Below, piece after piece: positions 47,168 through 56,931 of a DNA stretch of 64,000 bases. Made by a program: the position numbers and the translations under genes. Each line of letters opens with the position of its first letter. The stretch's first letter is position 1. The notes beneath the pieces were generated by a model. That model searched no databases. It was not told the origin of the DNA and was given only the letters and a program-made list of their open reading frames with translations. This DNA comes from an uncultured archaeon (lineage in GTDB: Archaea > Thermoproteota > Nitrososphaeria_A > Caldarchaeales > Calditenuaceae): contig CAKZUF010000020.1 of NCBI GenBank assembly GCA_937921685.1, forward strand, positions 52 to 64,051, in the 5' to 3' direction.

Positions 47168-48871
47168 TTATTTGCCCCCGGCTAAGCGGGCTTTCTCCTC
47201 CTCCCTGAGCACCCTTCTCAAAACCTTGCCAACCATGGTTGTCGGGAGCTCTTTTCTGAACTCAACCTCCCTTATCGCCTTGTAAGGCGCGACACGCTCA
47301 TTCACAAACTTCATAATCTCCTCCTCGGTCGCTGTCGCCCCCTCTTTCAAGACGACGAAAGCCTTAGGGATCTCGCCTGCGACTGGGTCCGGCTTCCCCA
47401 CCACTGCAGCAAGCTTCACGGCCGGGTGCTCATAAAGAATATCCTCGAGCTCGCGCGGATAGACGCTGTATCCCTTATACTTGATCAGGTCCTTCTTCCG
47501 GTCGGTAATGTAGAAGTAGCCGTCCTCATCCATCTTGCCGAGGTCTCCGGTGTAGAGCCACCCGTCGCGAAGAACCATGCTTGTCTCTTCAGGCCTCTTC
47601 CAGTATCCCTTCATGACCTGTGGACCCTTCACCACGAGCTCACCGACCTCACCGACCGGCAGCTCCCTTGTTCCCGTCTCAGCGTCCACTATCTTGGCGT
47701 CTGTGCTGGGCCATGGTATCCCTATTGAACCTATCTTGACGGTTTTCATCGTGGGGTCTAATGGGTTACAGTGTGTGACTGGAGCCGCCTCTGTTAAACC
47801 ATACCCCTCCACCAAAACCGCTCCTGTTAGCTCCATGAATCTTTTCTGAACCTCTGGTGGGAGTGGCGCCGCACCTGAGATGCAGAACTTTACCGATCTG
47901 AGATTGTACTTCGTAACTTGTGGATGGTTCACTATCATTGCGTATAGTGTCGGGACACCTGGGAATAGTGTGACTTTATACTTTTGAATCGACTTTAACA
48001 CCTCGAGGACGTCGAACCGCGGCAAAACAACCATCGTCCCCCCCGAGTATAATGTGAAGTTCATAACGACTGTCATGCCGTATATGTGGAAGAAGGGTAG
48101 GACGGCGAGCCCAACATCAACCCCTTTCTCAGCTTTAAGCCAGGCCGCACACCCAACCGCATTGGCCACTAGGTTCTCATGCGTCAGCATGGCGCCCTTC
48201 GGCAAGCCTGTCGTACCGCCTGTATATTGGAGCACGGCGAGGTCCTCCTTGGGGTTAATCTCTACTGTAGGCGGCTCTGGAGGAGTCTTCTCGACCAAGT
48301 CTCTGAAGAAGTAGATGTTCGGCCTCGACGGAACCTTAGCCGTGGGTATCTTCTTAAGTAGGCTTCCCAGAACTGCCTTAATCCTGGGCATATATTCACC
48401 TAACCTCGCCACCACTGCAAACTTGACCTGGGTCTTCTCCCAAACCTTCTCAAACCTCGGATAGAGGGCATCGAGCAGGACGATAGCCTTCGCCTCGGAG
48501 TCTGTAAGCTGGAACTCGAGCTCTCTCTCAACGACTAGGGGACTAACCCCGGACACGATACCTCCCAGCTTCAGAACGGCATAGTAGGCGATCACGAACT
48601 GGGGCATGTTTGGGAGGTAGAGGGCGACTACATCTCCCTTCCTGATTCCCAGACGGTGGAGAGCAGTTGCGAAACGGTCTACAAGGTTGCTCAGCTCACT
48701 ATACGTGATTCTCTTTCCAAAGAAGATGATGCAGGTCTTTTTTGGAAATTCTTTCGCGCTCCCCTCTAGGAGAGTGTGTAATGGAACGTTCGGGTAATCG
48801 AGTGTCTTAGGAACACCTTCAGGCCAAAACTTAAACCAAGGCCTTTCCAGAAAGCTACTTCTTTCCTCCAT
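47168..48871 (-). CDS. Long-chain acyl-CoA synthetase (AMP-forming)
   Basis: AMP-binding motif 'LQYTGGTTGLPKGAMLTH' and a C-terminal conserved Lys region. Confidence 0.85.
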   Translation of the reverse strand: MEERSSFLERPWFKFWPEGVPKTLDYPNVPLHTLLEGSAKEFPKKTCIIFFGKRITYSELSNLVDRFATALHRLGIRKGDVVALYLPNMPQFVIAYYAVLKLGGIVSGVSPLVVERELEFQLTDSEAKAIVLLDALYPRFEKVWEKTQVKFAVVARLGEYMPRIKAVLGSLLKKIPTAKVPSRPNIYFFRDLVEKTPPEPPTVEINPKEDLAVLQYTGGTTGLPKGAMLTHENLVANAVGCAAWLKAEKGVDVGLAVLPFFHIYGMTVVMNFTLYSGGTMVVLPRFDVLEVLKSIQKYKVTLFPGVPTLYAMIVNHPQVTKYNLRSVKFCISGAAPLPPEVQKRFMELTGAVLVEGYGLTEAAPVTHCNPLDPTMKTVKIGSIGIPWPSTDAKIVDAETGTRELPVGEVGELVVKGPQVMKGYWKRPEETSMVLRDGWLYTGDLGKMDEDGYFYITDRKKDLIKYKGYSVYPRELEDILYEHPAVKLAAVVGKPDPVAGEIPKAFVVLKEGATATEEEIMKFVNERVAPYKAIREVEFRKELPTTMVGKVLRRVLREEEKARLAGGK

Positions 48872-49029
48872 ACACCCCCAATATATTTTCCTTTGTATAA
48901 AAACTTTTTATGCGGCCCAATTACGGTTGAAAATCACGTGAATGAGAAGACCTGATTCTGACGAATTCGAGGAAAGTGTTCACTTAACGCTTATATAACC
49001 CTGAACGTAATTTGTTATATTGAGCCTTT

Positions 49030-50181
49030 ATGGATTTTAGTCTTAGTGAGGAGCAGTTAGAGATTAAGAGGGCTGTAAGAGAATTTTGTGAGAAGGAGTT
49101 TAAGCCTGAACTGGCGATGGAGCTAGACCAGAAAGAGGAGTTTCCAATAGAGCTGTATAAGAAGGCTGCGAGCCTCGGTTTTGTTGGCATCGCCATTCCA
49201 GAGCAATATGGTGGGCAGGGCTATGGATACCTCGAGGCCTGCCTCGTGGTCGAGGAGATGTGTAGGGCGGACTCTTCCCTCGGCTTGGCAACCATGATCG
49301 GGTCTTTTGGAAGCGAGCTAATACTTGTGCATGGAACAGAGGAGCAGAAGGAGAAGTACATACCTAAGGTTGCGAGGGGAGAGTACATTTCGGCCGCAGC
49401 ATTTACAGAGCCTGCGAGAGGTAGTGATCTTACCAAGATGGACACGACCGCCGTCAAATATGGTGACGAGTGGAGGATAAACGGGACCAAGACATTTATA
49501 ACAAATGCGCCTATAGCAGATTTCATCATAGTTCTTTGCCAGACAGATACTCGTGTCAGGCCGACCTATCGTGGACAGACCCTCTTCGTAGTCGATAGAG
49601 GGACTCCTGGCCTCGAGGTGACGAAACAGAAGAATAAGCTCGGCATAAGGTGTACCGCCACTGGGGAGGTCTCACTCAGGGACGTAAAGGTCTCTGATGC
49701 GAATATAGTGGGCCAGCTTAATCGCGGATTCTACCACTCGCTAGAGTTTTTCGACCGGAGCAGGACTATTGTAGCAGCTCAAGCGGTTGGAACGGCCCAA
49801 GGAGCCTTTGAGATAGCGCTTAGATATTCTAAGACTAGGGAGGCTTTCGGCCAGCCTATAGTGCAGTTTGAAGAGATTGGGTGTAGGCTCGCCGAGATCG
49901 CGACCAAAATAGAGGCGGCGAGACTCCTCACCTACAAGGCTGCGTCACTGATTGATAAGGGGCAGATGGACCCCATGATGACATCGATGGCGAAGCTCTA
50001 CGCGAGTAGGGTTGCCGTGGAGGCTGCCGACGCGGCAATCCAGACGCTTGGAGGCTACGGATATATGGGTGAGTACAGGGTGGAGAAGTATTTCAGGGAC
50101 GCTAAGATTACGGAGATATATGAGGGGACTTCAGAGATACAGAAGCTCACAATATTGAAATATCTGCTGCAGAAATATTAG
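49030..50181 (+). CDS. Acyl-CoA dehydrogenase
   Basis: 383 aa with ACAD N/M/C domains and a catalytic-Glu region 'YEGTSEIQ'. Confidence 0.9.
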   Translation: MDFSLSEEQLEIKRAVREFCEKEFKPELAMELDQKEEFPIELYKKAASLGFVGIAIPEQYGGQGYGYLEACLVVEEMCRADSSLGLATMIGSFGSELILVHGTEEQKEKYIPKVARGEYISAAAFTEPARGSDLTKMDTTAVKYGDEWRINGTKTFITNAPIADFIIVLCQTDTRVRPTYRGQTLFVVDRGTPGLEVTKQKNKLGIRCTATGEVSLRDVKVSDANIVGQLNRGFYHSLEFFDRSRTIVAAQAVGTAQGAFEIALRYSKTREAFGQPIVQFEEIGCRLAEIATKIEAARLLTYKAASLIDKGQMDPMMTSMAKLYASRVAVEAADAAIQTLGGYGYMGEYRVEKYFRDAKITEIYEGTSEIQKLTILKYLLQKY

Positions 50182-50195
50182 GGGTGTGGTGAACG

Positions 50196-50987
50196 TTGTC
50201 CCGGTCTTCTTATGAGACTATTAAACTCGAGCGGGAAGACAGTGTAGCTTGGATAATACTGAACAGGCCACACAGACTGAACGCTTTTAATGAGGACATG
50301 ATTTTGGAGCTACTTGATGCCTTGAACACTGTTGAGAACGACCCGGGGGTCAGGTGTGTGGTTATTACTGGGGAGGGTGACAGGGCCTTCAGCGCAGGCG
50401 CTGACATCACAGCCTTTCCGAAAGCCACCCCTACGCTTGCGGAGGAGCTGTCAAGGAAGGGGCAGAAGGTCTTTTCTACTATAGAGGAGATGTCTAAGCC
50501 AGTTATTGCTGCCATTAACGGATACGCCCTTGGAGGAGGGCTTGAGCTGGCAATCTCTTGCGACTTCAGGATAGCGTCTGAGCATGCCGAGCTGGGCTCC
50601 CCCGAGATTAACCTGGGGATAATACCGGGCTGGGGTGGGACTCAGAAGCTTGTGAGGCTTATTGGGCTGAGGAATGCTAAGAGGTTAGTATTCCTCGGTG
50701 AGAGGATAAAGGCTGACGAGGCTCTCCGAATAGGGCTGGTGGACAAGGTGGTGCCTTTCGAAAACCTCAGAGAGGAAACAATGTCTCTGGCTAGGAAACT
50801 GGCGGAGGGGCCGCCTATAGCGTTGAGGTATGCAAAGTATGCCCTGAACTTCGGCAGTCAAGTTCCGCTTGAGGTGGGGCTGAGGCTGGAGTCCGCGCTG
50901 ATGGGCCTACTATTTTCCACGAACGATGTGAAGAGGGGGATAGAGGCGTTCATGTCGAGGTCGAAGCCAGAGTTTAAAGGTGACTGA
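50196..50987 (+). CDS. Enoyl-CoA hydratase (crotonase family)
   Basis: 'AAINGYALGGGLELAISCDFRIA' is the crotonase signature. Confidence 0.85.
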   Translation: MSRSSYETIKLEREDSVAWIILNRPHRLNAFNEDMILELLDALNTVENDPGVRCVVITGEGDRAFSAGADITAFPKATPTLAEELSRKGQKVFSTIEEMSKPVIAAINGYALGGGLELAISCDFRIASEHAELGSPEINLGIIPGWGGTQKLVRLIGLRNAKRLVFLGERIKADEALRIGLVDKVVPFENLREETMSLARKLAEGPPIALRYAKYALNFGSQVPLEVGLRLESALMGLLFSTNDVKRGIEAFMSRSKPEFKGD

Positions 50988-51004
50988 GACGCGGGAGGGC
51001 AGGC

Positions 51005-52171
51005 ATGAGGCGGGTCGCAGTTATTGGTGTGGGGCAAAGCCGGTTTGGTGACAGACAGGATGTCAACGTTAAAGAGCTCGCATTCGAGTCCGTTAAGCCC
51101 GCTCTCGAGGATGCGGGGCTAACTCCCAAAGACATACCGTATGTTACTGTCGGGTCTATCGGGGTCTGGTATGAGGAGCCCCTGCCGGCTGTTGCTATTG
51201 CTGAGTACTGTGGCCTGACAGGGGCGGGTCTTGTGAGGGTTGAGGCGGCATGTGCGACTGGTAGCGCGGCTGTATACTCTGCATACACTGCTATAGCGAG
51301 TGGTGCGGTGGATTTAGCGCTGGTTGTTGGGGTTGAGAAGATGAGGGAGGTGGAGACCCCTCTGGCAGTCGAGTTGATTGGGCGCGCGGGCTCGTATCTG
51401 TGGGAGTTTGAATACTTTGGCATGACCTTTCCGAGCTATTACGCGCTGTACGCCACGGCCTACATGAACAAGTATGGCGCAACAGAGGAGGACCTCGCAC
51501 TAGTCGCTGTTAAGAATCACAAGTATGCTGCTCTAAACCCTCTAGCGCACCTTCAGAAGGAAATCAGTGTGGAAGATGTCTTATCGTCCTACATGATTTC
51601 TTGGCCGCTGAAGCTCTATGACTGCTCCCCAATCACCGATGGAAGTGCCGCACTAGTACTCGCTTCAGATGAGAAGGTGAGGGAGCTCAGGGTTGACACC
51701 CCCGTCTGGATAGCCGGTATTGGATATTCTTCAGGGTCCAGCACCCTCTCCCAGAGGAGTGACTTCATAGGCTTAGACGCGGCCGTAAAGGCTTCTCAAA
51801 TGGCTTACAAGATAGCTGGTGTCAGCCCAGACCAGATAGACTCAGCCAACGTGCATGACTGTTTCACGATAGCTGAGCTCCTAGCATATGAGGACTTGGG
51901 ATTCTGTAGAAGGGGCGAGGGGGTGAAGATGATTAGGGAGGGTGAGACCGAGATAGGGGGTAGGATTCCTGTCAACGTGGATGGGGGGTTGAAGGCGAAG
52001 GGGCATCCGATAGGTGCTACAGGGGTCTCGATGATAGCGGAGCAGACTAAGCAGTTGAGGGAGGAGGTTAAACCATCTGCACGCCAAGTACCCATGAAGA
52101 ACTATATAGCCCTGACACATAACGTAGGTGGGACTGGACATTACTGCTATGTGACCATCCTGAGGAGATGA
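51005..52171 (+). CDS. Thiolase (archaeal SCP-x-type 3-ketoacyl-CoA thiolase)
   Basis: Active-site region 'VEAACATGSAAVY'. It is immediately followed by its DUF35 partner. Confidence 0.8.
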   Translation: MRRVAVIGVGQSRFGDRQDVNVKELAFESVKPALEDAGLTPKDIPYVTVGSIGVWYEEPLPAVAIAEYCGLTGAGLVRVEAACATGSAAVYSAYTAIASGAVDLALVVGVEKMREVETPLAVELIGRAGSYLWEFEYFGMTFPSYYALYATAYMNKYGATEEDLALVAVKNHKYAALNPLAHLQKEISVEDVLSSYMISWPLKLYDCSPITDGSAALVLASDEKVRELRVDTPVWIAGIGYSSGSSTLSQRSDFIGLDAAVKASQMAYKIAGVSPDQIDSANVHDCFTIAELLAYEDLGFCRRGEGVKMIREGETEIGGRIPVNVDGGLKAKGHPIGATGVSMIAEQTKQLREEVKPSARQVPMKNYIALTHNVGGTGHYCYVTILRR

Positions 52172-52621
52172 GTGAGAAGTATGTCTGAGCTCCCCGTAAT
52201 AAAATCGCGCAAGCTCGAAATAACATACAATATTCCCATCAGCAAGACTCTACGGTTCTGGGAAGGTTTGAAGGAGGGTAAGATCTTGGCGACGAAGTGT
52301 AGAAACTGCGGCAAGCTCCACTTCCCCCCCGCAGCGGACTGCGGCGAGTGCCTCTCCTCTGATATGGAGTGGATAGAGCTGAGCGGGGAAGGAAGGCTCG
52401 TCACCTATACTCACGTCATAGTTAGGCCCAAGAGCTTCCAAGAGGAGCAGCCCTACACGGTCGCTGTAGCCGAGCTCAAGGAAGGGATAAAGGCGCTGGC
52501 ATGGCTCACCGATGTGAAGAAGAAGGATATCAAGATAGGCATGGAGCTGAAAATGGTCCCAAAACAGTTCCCAGACGGGAGAATAGCTTACGTCTTTAAG
52601 CCGTTGACAGCGAGTGTGTAG
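52172..52621 (+). CDS. DUF35 OB-fold/zinc-ribbon protein (thiolase partner)
   Basis: Zn ribbon 'CRNCGKLHFPPAADCGEC' plus an OB-fold. Its start abuts the thiolase stop. Confidence 0.7.
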   Translation: MRSMSELPVIKSRKLEITYNIPISKTLRFWEGLKEGKILATKCRNCGKLHFPPAADCGECLSSDMEWIELSGEGRLVTYTHVIVRPKSFQEEQPYTVAVAELKEGIKALAWLTDVKKKDIKIGMELKMVPKQFPDGRIAYVFKPLTASV

Positions 52622-52683
52622 TTGAGTGGTTAGACTAAGACGTATATATTTGTACGCGTTTCTCCTTACTGCGGTGAGCATTA

Positions 52684-53874
52684 TTGTCGCATGAGATCAG
52701 GAGAGTAGCTGTTGTTGGAGCTGGGATGATGGGGCATGGCATAGCTCAAGTTTTCGCCATGAGGGGGTATGACGTGAACCTGGTAGACATTAGTGAGGAT
52801 ATTTTGAGGAAGGCTATGCAGAATATAGAGTGGAGCCTTGGAAAGTTTGTAGAAAAGAAGAGGATTAGGAAGGAGGATGCCGATACAGCGCTGTCGAGGA
52901 TCAAGCCAACCACCTCCTACGAGACGGCTGCAGGCGATGTTGACCTTGTCATCGAGGCAGTGCCTGAGAAGATGGATTTAAAGAAGAAGATATTCAGTAC
53001 AGTGGACAAGATCGCACCCCCACACACGATTTTAGTATCCAACACCTCCACCCTCAGCATAAGCGAGATGGGCGAGGCAACTGGCAGGCCTGACAAGGTC
53101 GCAGGGATGCACTGGTTTAACCCGCCCCAGCTCATGAACCTCATCGAGGTCATTAAAGGCGACAAGACTAGCCAAGAAACCGTCGATAAGATAATTGCCC
53201 TGAGTAGGGCGCTGGGTAAGACGCCCATCCTGTGTAAGAAGGATGCACGCGGGTTTATTGTAAACAGGGTCCTTGGCCAGGTCTTCAATGAGGCTTTCTG
53301 GGCCTATTATAGGGGTGAGGCGAGTATTGAGGGGATAGACGCCTCCATAAAATATACTGGAGGGTTTCCTATGGGCTGGTTTGAGCTCTGCGACTTCGTC
53401 GGGCTTGACATCGCATACGAGGTCGGAAATGTGCTTTACCAAGCGTATGGTGAGAGGTTTAAGCCATGCCAAGAAGTTATTGAACCCCTCGTCAAGCAAG
53501 GGAAGCTAGGCCAGAAGACTGGTGGAGGGTTTTATGACTGGTCAAAGGGCAGGCCTCGCATCCGCTTTGAGCTTTCCGATGAGTATGACGTGGAGAGGTC
53601 TTGGGCGGTTGCTGTTAATGAGGCGGCCTGGCTTGTCCATGAGGATGTAGCAGACCCTGAAAGCATCGATACGGGAATGAAGCTAGGGACGGGGTGGCCG
53701 ATGGGGCCTTGTGAGTATGCCGATAAAAAGGGGATAGACCTGGTGGTCCAGAAATTAGAGGAGCTCTACAAGAAATTTGGGTTGGTGATGTATTCGCCCT
53801 GCCCACTTCTTAGGGATTATATCTCCAAGGGCTGGCTGGGAAAGAAAACAGGTAGAGGATTCTACCAGTACTAG
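52684..53874 (+). CDS. 3-hydroxyacyl-CoA dehydrogenase
   Basis: NAD-binding 'VAVVGAGMMGHGIA' and a C-terminal 3HCDH domain duplication. Confidence 0.85.
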   Translation: MSHEIRRVAVVGAGMMGHGIAQVFAMRGYDVNLVDISEDILRKAMQNIEWSLGKFVEKKRIRKEDADTALSRIKPTTSYETAAGDVDLVIEAVPEKMDLKKKIFSTVDKIAPPHTILVSNTSTLSISEMGEATGRPDKVAGMHWFNPPQLMNLIEVIKGDKTSQETVDKIIALSRALGKTPILCKKDARGFIVNRVLGQVFNEAFWAYYRGEASIEGIDASIKYTGGFPMGWFELCDFVGLDIAYEVGNVLYQAYGERFKPCQEVIEPLVKQGKLGQKTGGGFYDWSKGRPRIRFELSDEYDVERSWAVAVNEAAWLVHEDVADPESIDTGMKLGTGWPMGPCEYADKKGIDLVVQKLEELYKKFGLVMYSPCPLLRDYISKGWLGKKTGRGFYQY

Positions 53875-53890
53875 GCAGCAAAGCAGTCCA

Positions 53891-54871
53891 TTATTTCATG
53901 CCCTTAACTTCCTTGATCTTTTTTATTAGTGCTGGAGTTATCTTGAAGAGGTCGTCAACCACGCCGTAGTGGGCTACGTTGAATATTGGTGCGTTAGGGT
54001 CCTTGTTTACTGCGATTATTAGCTGGGAGTTCATCATACCCATTATGTGTTGGAAGGCTCCGCTGATGCCCAGGGCGATGTAGAGCTTTGGTTTAACAGT
54101 CTTCCCCGAGGAGCCTACTTGTCTGTCTGGTGGGAGCCAGCCCTTATCCACTATCGGCCTCGAACAAGCGACTACGCCGCCAAGTAGCCTAGCCAACTCC
54201 TCAGCCAGAGGTATGTTTATCTTTTCACCTATCCCGCGCCCTACAGCTACTATGACGTCTGCGGACTCTATCGAGACCCCAGACTCTGCGGGGGCGACCA
54301 CCCCCTTAACCCTCATCCTCGCCTCCCCTACTAGGTCCGGTGGAGCCACCCTCGCGACGACGCCCCTGCCGGCAGCCTTGCCTGGGCGGAAGGCACCTGC
54401 CCTCACAGTTACGATATAGCCCTCAGCCCTTCTGGCACTGACCCTAGCGTTAAGCTTTCCTCCATACATCTGGCGTGTGGCATAGATACGCCCATCCGCG
54501 AACTCCACGTCGATGCAGTCAGTGATAAGTGGGAATCCCAGTTCTACGGCCAGTCTGGGCGCTAGGTCCATCCCCAACGAGGTGTGTCCCATTATCAAGA
54601 CCCTGGGCCTCCTCTCCCGGACAATGTGGGATATGACCCGTTGATAGTTCTCGGAGTGGTATTGTGCGAGCCTCTCATCCTCGGTCAGTAATACCGTGTC
54701 GCAGTACTCGGATAGCTGCTCCGCAACTCTTTCAACCACGGAGCCGAGGACTAGCGCGGCTACCTTCAAGCCAGTCCTCTCGGCAATCTTCCGCCCCGCT
54801 GCAAGCGCCTCGAGCGTAATCTCCCGTGCCTCACCGCCTCTATGCTCTGCAAGAACAATAACCTCGCCCAT
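53891..54871 (-). CDS. etfA: Electron transfer flavoprotein alpha subunit
   Basis: FAD-binding C-terminal domain 'YIALGISGAFQHIMGM'. Confidence 0.85.
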   Translation of the reverse strand: MGEVIVLAEHRGGEAREITLEALAAGRKIAERTGLKVAALVLGSVVERVAEQLSEYCDTVLLTEDERLAQYHSENYQRVISHIVRERRPRVLIMGHTSLGMDLAPRLAVELGFPLITDCIDVEFADGRIYATRQMYGGKLNARVSARRAEGYIVTVRAGAFRPGKAAGRGVVARVAPPDLVGEARMRVKGVVAPAESGVSIESADVIVAVGRGIGEKINIPLAEELARLLGGVVACSRPIVDKGWLPPDRQVGSSGKTVKPKLYIALGISGAFQHIMGMMNSQLIIAVNKDPNAPIFNVAHYGVVDDLFKITPALIKKIKEVKGMK

Positions 54872-55702
54872 CTACAGCAGCCCCCTCCCCCTTAAAACCT
54901 CGATGATTTTTGAAGCCACCTCCTCAGGGCTCCCTCTGACATACTCGACACGCCTCTCGACCCTCGGAGCATATAGCTCCTCGACAAGTATCCAAGGCTC
55001 GCCAACCTCCTCTAAACTCAAGCCGAGATCGTCGAGAGACATGACCCTAACCTCCCTCCTCATCGCCATCCTAATCCCGAGCACCGAGACATACCTAAGC
55101 TCAACAATGCCTGTCTGTACCGTGATCACAGCCGGCAGGTCAAGCTCCACGACCTCCTCAACCCCGCCCTCCAGCTCCCTGTTAACGACAGCCCGGCCGT
55201 CCAAGATTTCGATCTTCTTCGCAAGGGTGGCGTGTGGGAGGTTGAGGTGTTGTGCTATGGCTGGGCCGGTTATGGCGTATCCGTCGTCGTTCGCCTGGAC
55301 CCCTGTGAGTATTAGGTCGAAGGGCATCTTCCTTGCAGCTGCTGAGAGTACTTTGGCGACTGTGAAGGGGTCGTAGAGGTTGATTCTAGGGTCTCCTATC
55401 CTGACGGCCTTGTCTGCTCCTTTAGCGAGACATCTTCTAAGTATCCTGTCTGCCTCCTCGCCGCCGATAGAAACCGCGGTCACACTTCCACCATGCTTCT
55501 CCCTCAACATGAGCGCGGCCTCCAAAGCATAGTCATCCCACTCGTTTATGTCGTAACTCAGCCCCCGCCTATCTATGTCCCTCCCACTGCTATCGACCTT
55601 CAACTCTGCAGAGGATACGTCGGGAACATACTTCACACACACTATAATATCCAAAGCGAGCCACAACCCCGGCACGGCCACTACCCGTGCCAATAAACTC
55701 AC
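54872..55702 (-). CDS. etfB: Electron transfer flavoprotein beta subunit
   Basis: N-terminal 'DIIVCVKYVPD'. Its start abuts the stop of etfA. Confidence 0.85.
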   Translation of the reverse strand: MSLLARVVAVPGLWLALDIIVCVKYVPDVSSAELKVDSSGRDIDRRGLSYDINEWDDYALEAALMLREKHGGSVTAVSIGGEEADRILRRCLAKGADKAVRIGDPRINLYDPFTVAKVLSAAARKMPFDLILTGVQANDDGYAITGPAIAQHLNLPHATLAKKIEILDGRAVVNRELEGGVEEVVELDLPAVITVQTGIVELRYVSVLGIRMAMRREVRVMSLDDLGLSLEEVGEPWILVEELYAPRVERRVEYVRGSPEEVASKIIEVLRGRGLL

Positions 55703-55757
55703 AAATTTCCATTTGATATAAACTTTAGATCATAGGGTGTTTGGGGAGGATTGGATT

Positions 55758-56840
55758 CTATTCCGTCGTAACCGCGACCCCCATGGCCTTAAGTTTCTCG
55801 AGGAAGGGGCGGGGCTCTATGATGGCTTCAGGTGGAAATACGCCACTTTCCACCACCTGGTCTTTGAGGATTAGGTATGCGCCTAGGGCCGCTGGGGCGG
55901 TGGTGAGTTTTCGCATTCTGTTCACAGATGCATAGTTAACCCTCTTCTCACCCCGTTCGACAGCTACTTTTACCCCGCTCAAAGCTACCCCACCCGTCCT
56001 GAACACGTCTTCTATCCTGTTGATGAACCTCGAAAGCCTCTCGATCCTTTTCCCAGTAGACGTCAACCCTAGTCTGACGAACAGCTTCGCAAGTCCGGTC
56101 TGCCACTCCGGTATCAGACAGCCGCGAATAGTCACCCGCTTCAAGATCCTGAGGTGTCGGGGTATTGTTAAAGGCTCGGGATGCCCCACGTAGTATAGCT
56201 TCAGCTTACCAACAACTGGAAACTCGAAAACCATCCCTGAAGAACCCGCCTTGACCATCGCCATATGACCGTCAAGAAACATTGGGACCTCACCTGTCAT
56301 GGTGTGGAAAAGATGCATGATTACGGCCAGACCCCTAGAGTCCGCGGCTGAGCCGAACCATCCTATATCGATAGAGTCAGCCTCGCCCCCAAGCTCCTCA
56401 ACACCCATCTTGGCCAGTATGTTGGAGAGACCCGGCGTCCACCCAAGTCCAGTTATGTATGTCACCCCATTCTTTACGGCCTGCTCGGAAAGTCCGAGGA
56501 TCTGATCGGCCGCGTCATGGTCGTCACACAGGTCTACCCCGTTTTTGCCAGAGGCTATCAGCGTCTCTGCGACAACATAGCCATACTTGTAGAAGGGGCC
56601 GATAGCATTGACTACCACGTCATACCCCTTAACAATATCGGTTAACTCTTCCCTAGATGACGCATCCACCCTGACCACCCCCACCTCACCAGTATCCCTG
56701 AGCGACTGGGCTATGCTCTTGGCCCTCGCTATGTTGATATCCCCGATATCGACCCGAACCCCCAGCTTCACCAACTCCTCCACCACCCCGCTTCCCATGT
56801 CACCCGCACCTCCTAAGACCAAGGCTGAGCCATCGGTCAT
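55758..56840 (-). CDS. Saccharopine-dehydrogenase-like NAD(P)-binding protein
   Basis: Rossmann 'ALVLGGAGDMGSGVV'; ~360 aa, typical of the Sacchrp_dh family. Confidence 0.65.
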   Translation of the reverse strand: MTDGSALVLGGAGDMGSGVVEELVKLGVRVDIGDINIARAKSIAQSLRDTGEVGVVRVDASSREELTDIVKGYDVVVNAIGPFYKYGYVVAETLIASGKNGVDLCDDHDAADQILGLSEQAVKNGVTYITGLGWTPGLSNILAKMGVEELGGEADSIDIGWFGSAADSRGLAVIMHLFHTMTGEVPMFLDGHMAMVKAGSSGMVFEFPVVGKLKLYYVGHPEPLTIPRHLRILKRVTIRGCLIPEWQTGLAKLFVRLGLTSTGKRIERLSRFINRIEDVFRTGGVALSGVKVAVERGEKRVNYASVNRMRKLTTAPAALGAYLILKDQVVESGVFPPEAIIEPRPFLEKLKAMGVAVTTE

Positions 56841-56931
56841 TTAATAGTCACCAAGGCTTAGGCCCCTACAACTCTAATAAGCCTTTGCAAGGACATTATT
56901 AATATACCTGCTAAATGATAAATAGAGGCGG

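Noticed and set aside
53891-54871. Possibility that etfAB belong to a FixABCX-type electron-bifurcating module
   Set aside because: No fixC/fixX (ETF-quinone oxidoreductase or ferredoxin) genes are adjacent. Next to the ACAD/HADH genes the ordinary ETF role is the simpler explanation.
54696-55376. 226-aa plus-strand ORF across the etfA/etfB junction
   Set aside because: It is Ser/Thr-rich antisense translation. The minus strand encodes complete ETF alpha and beta subunits with conserved motifs.
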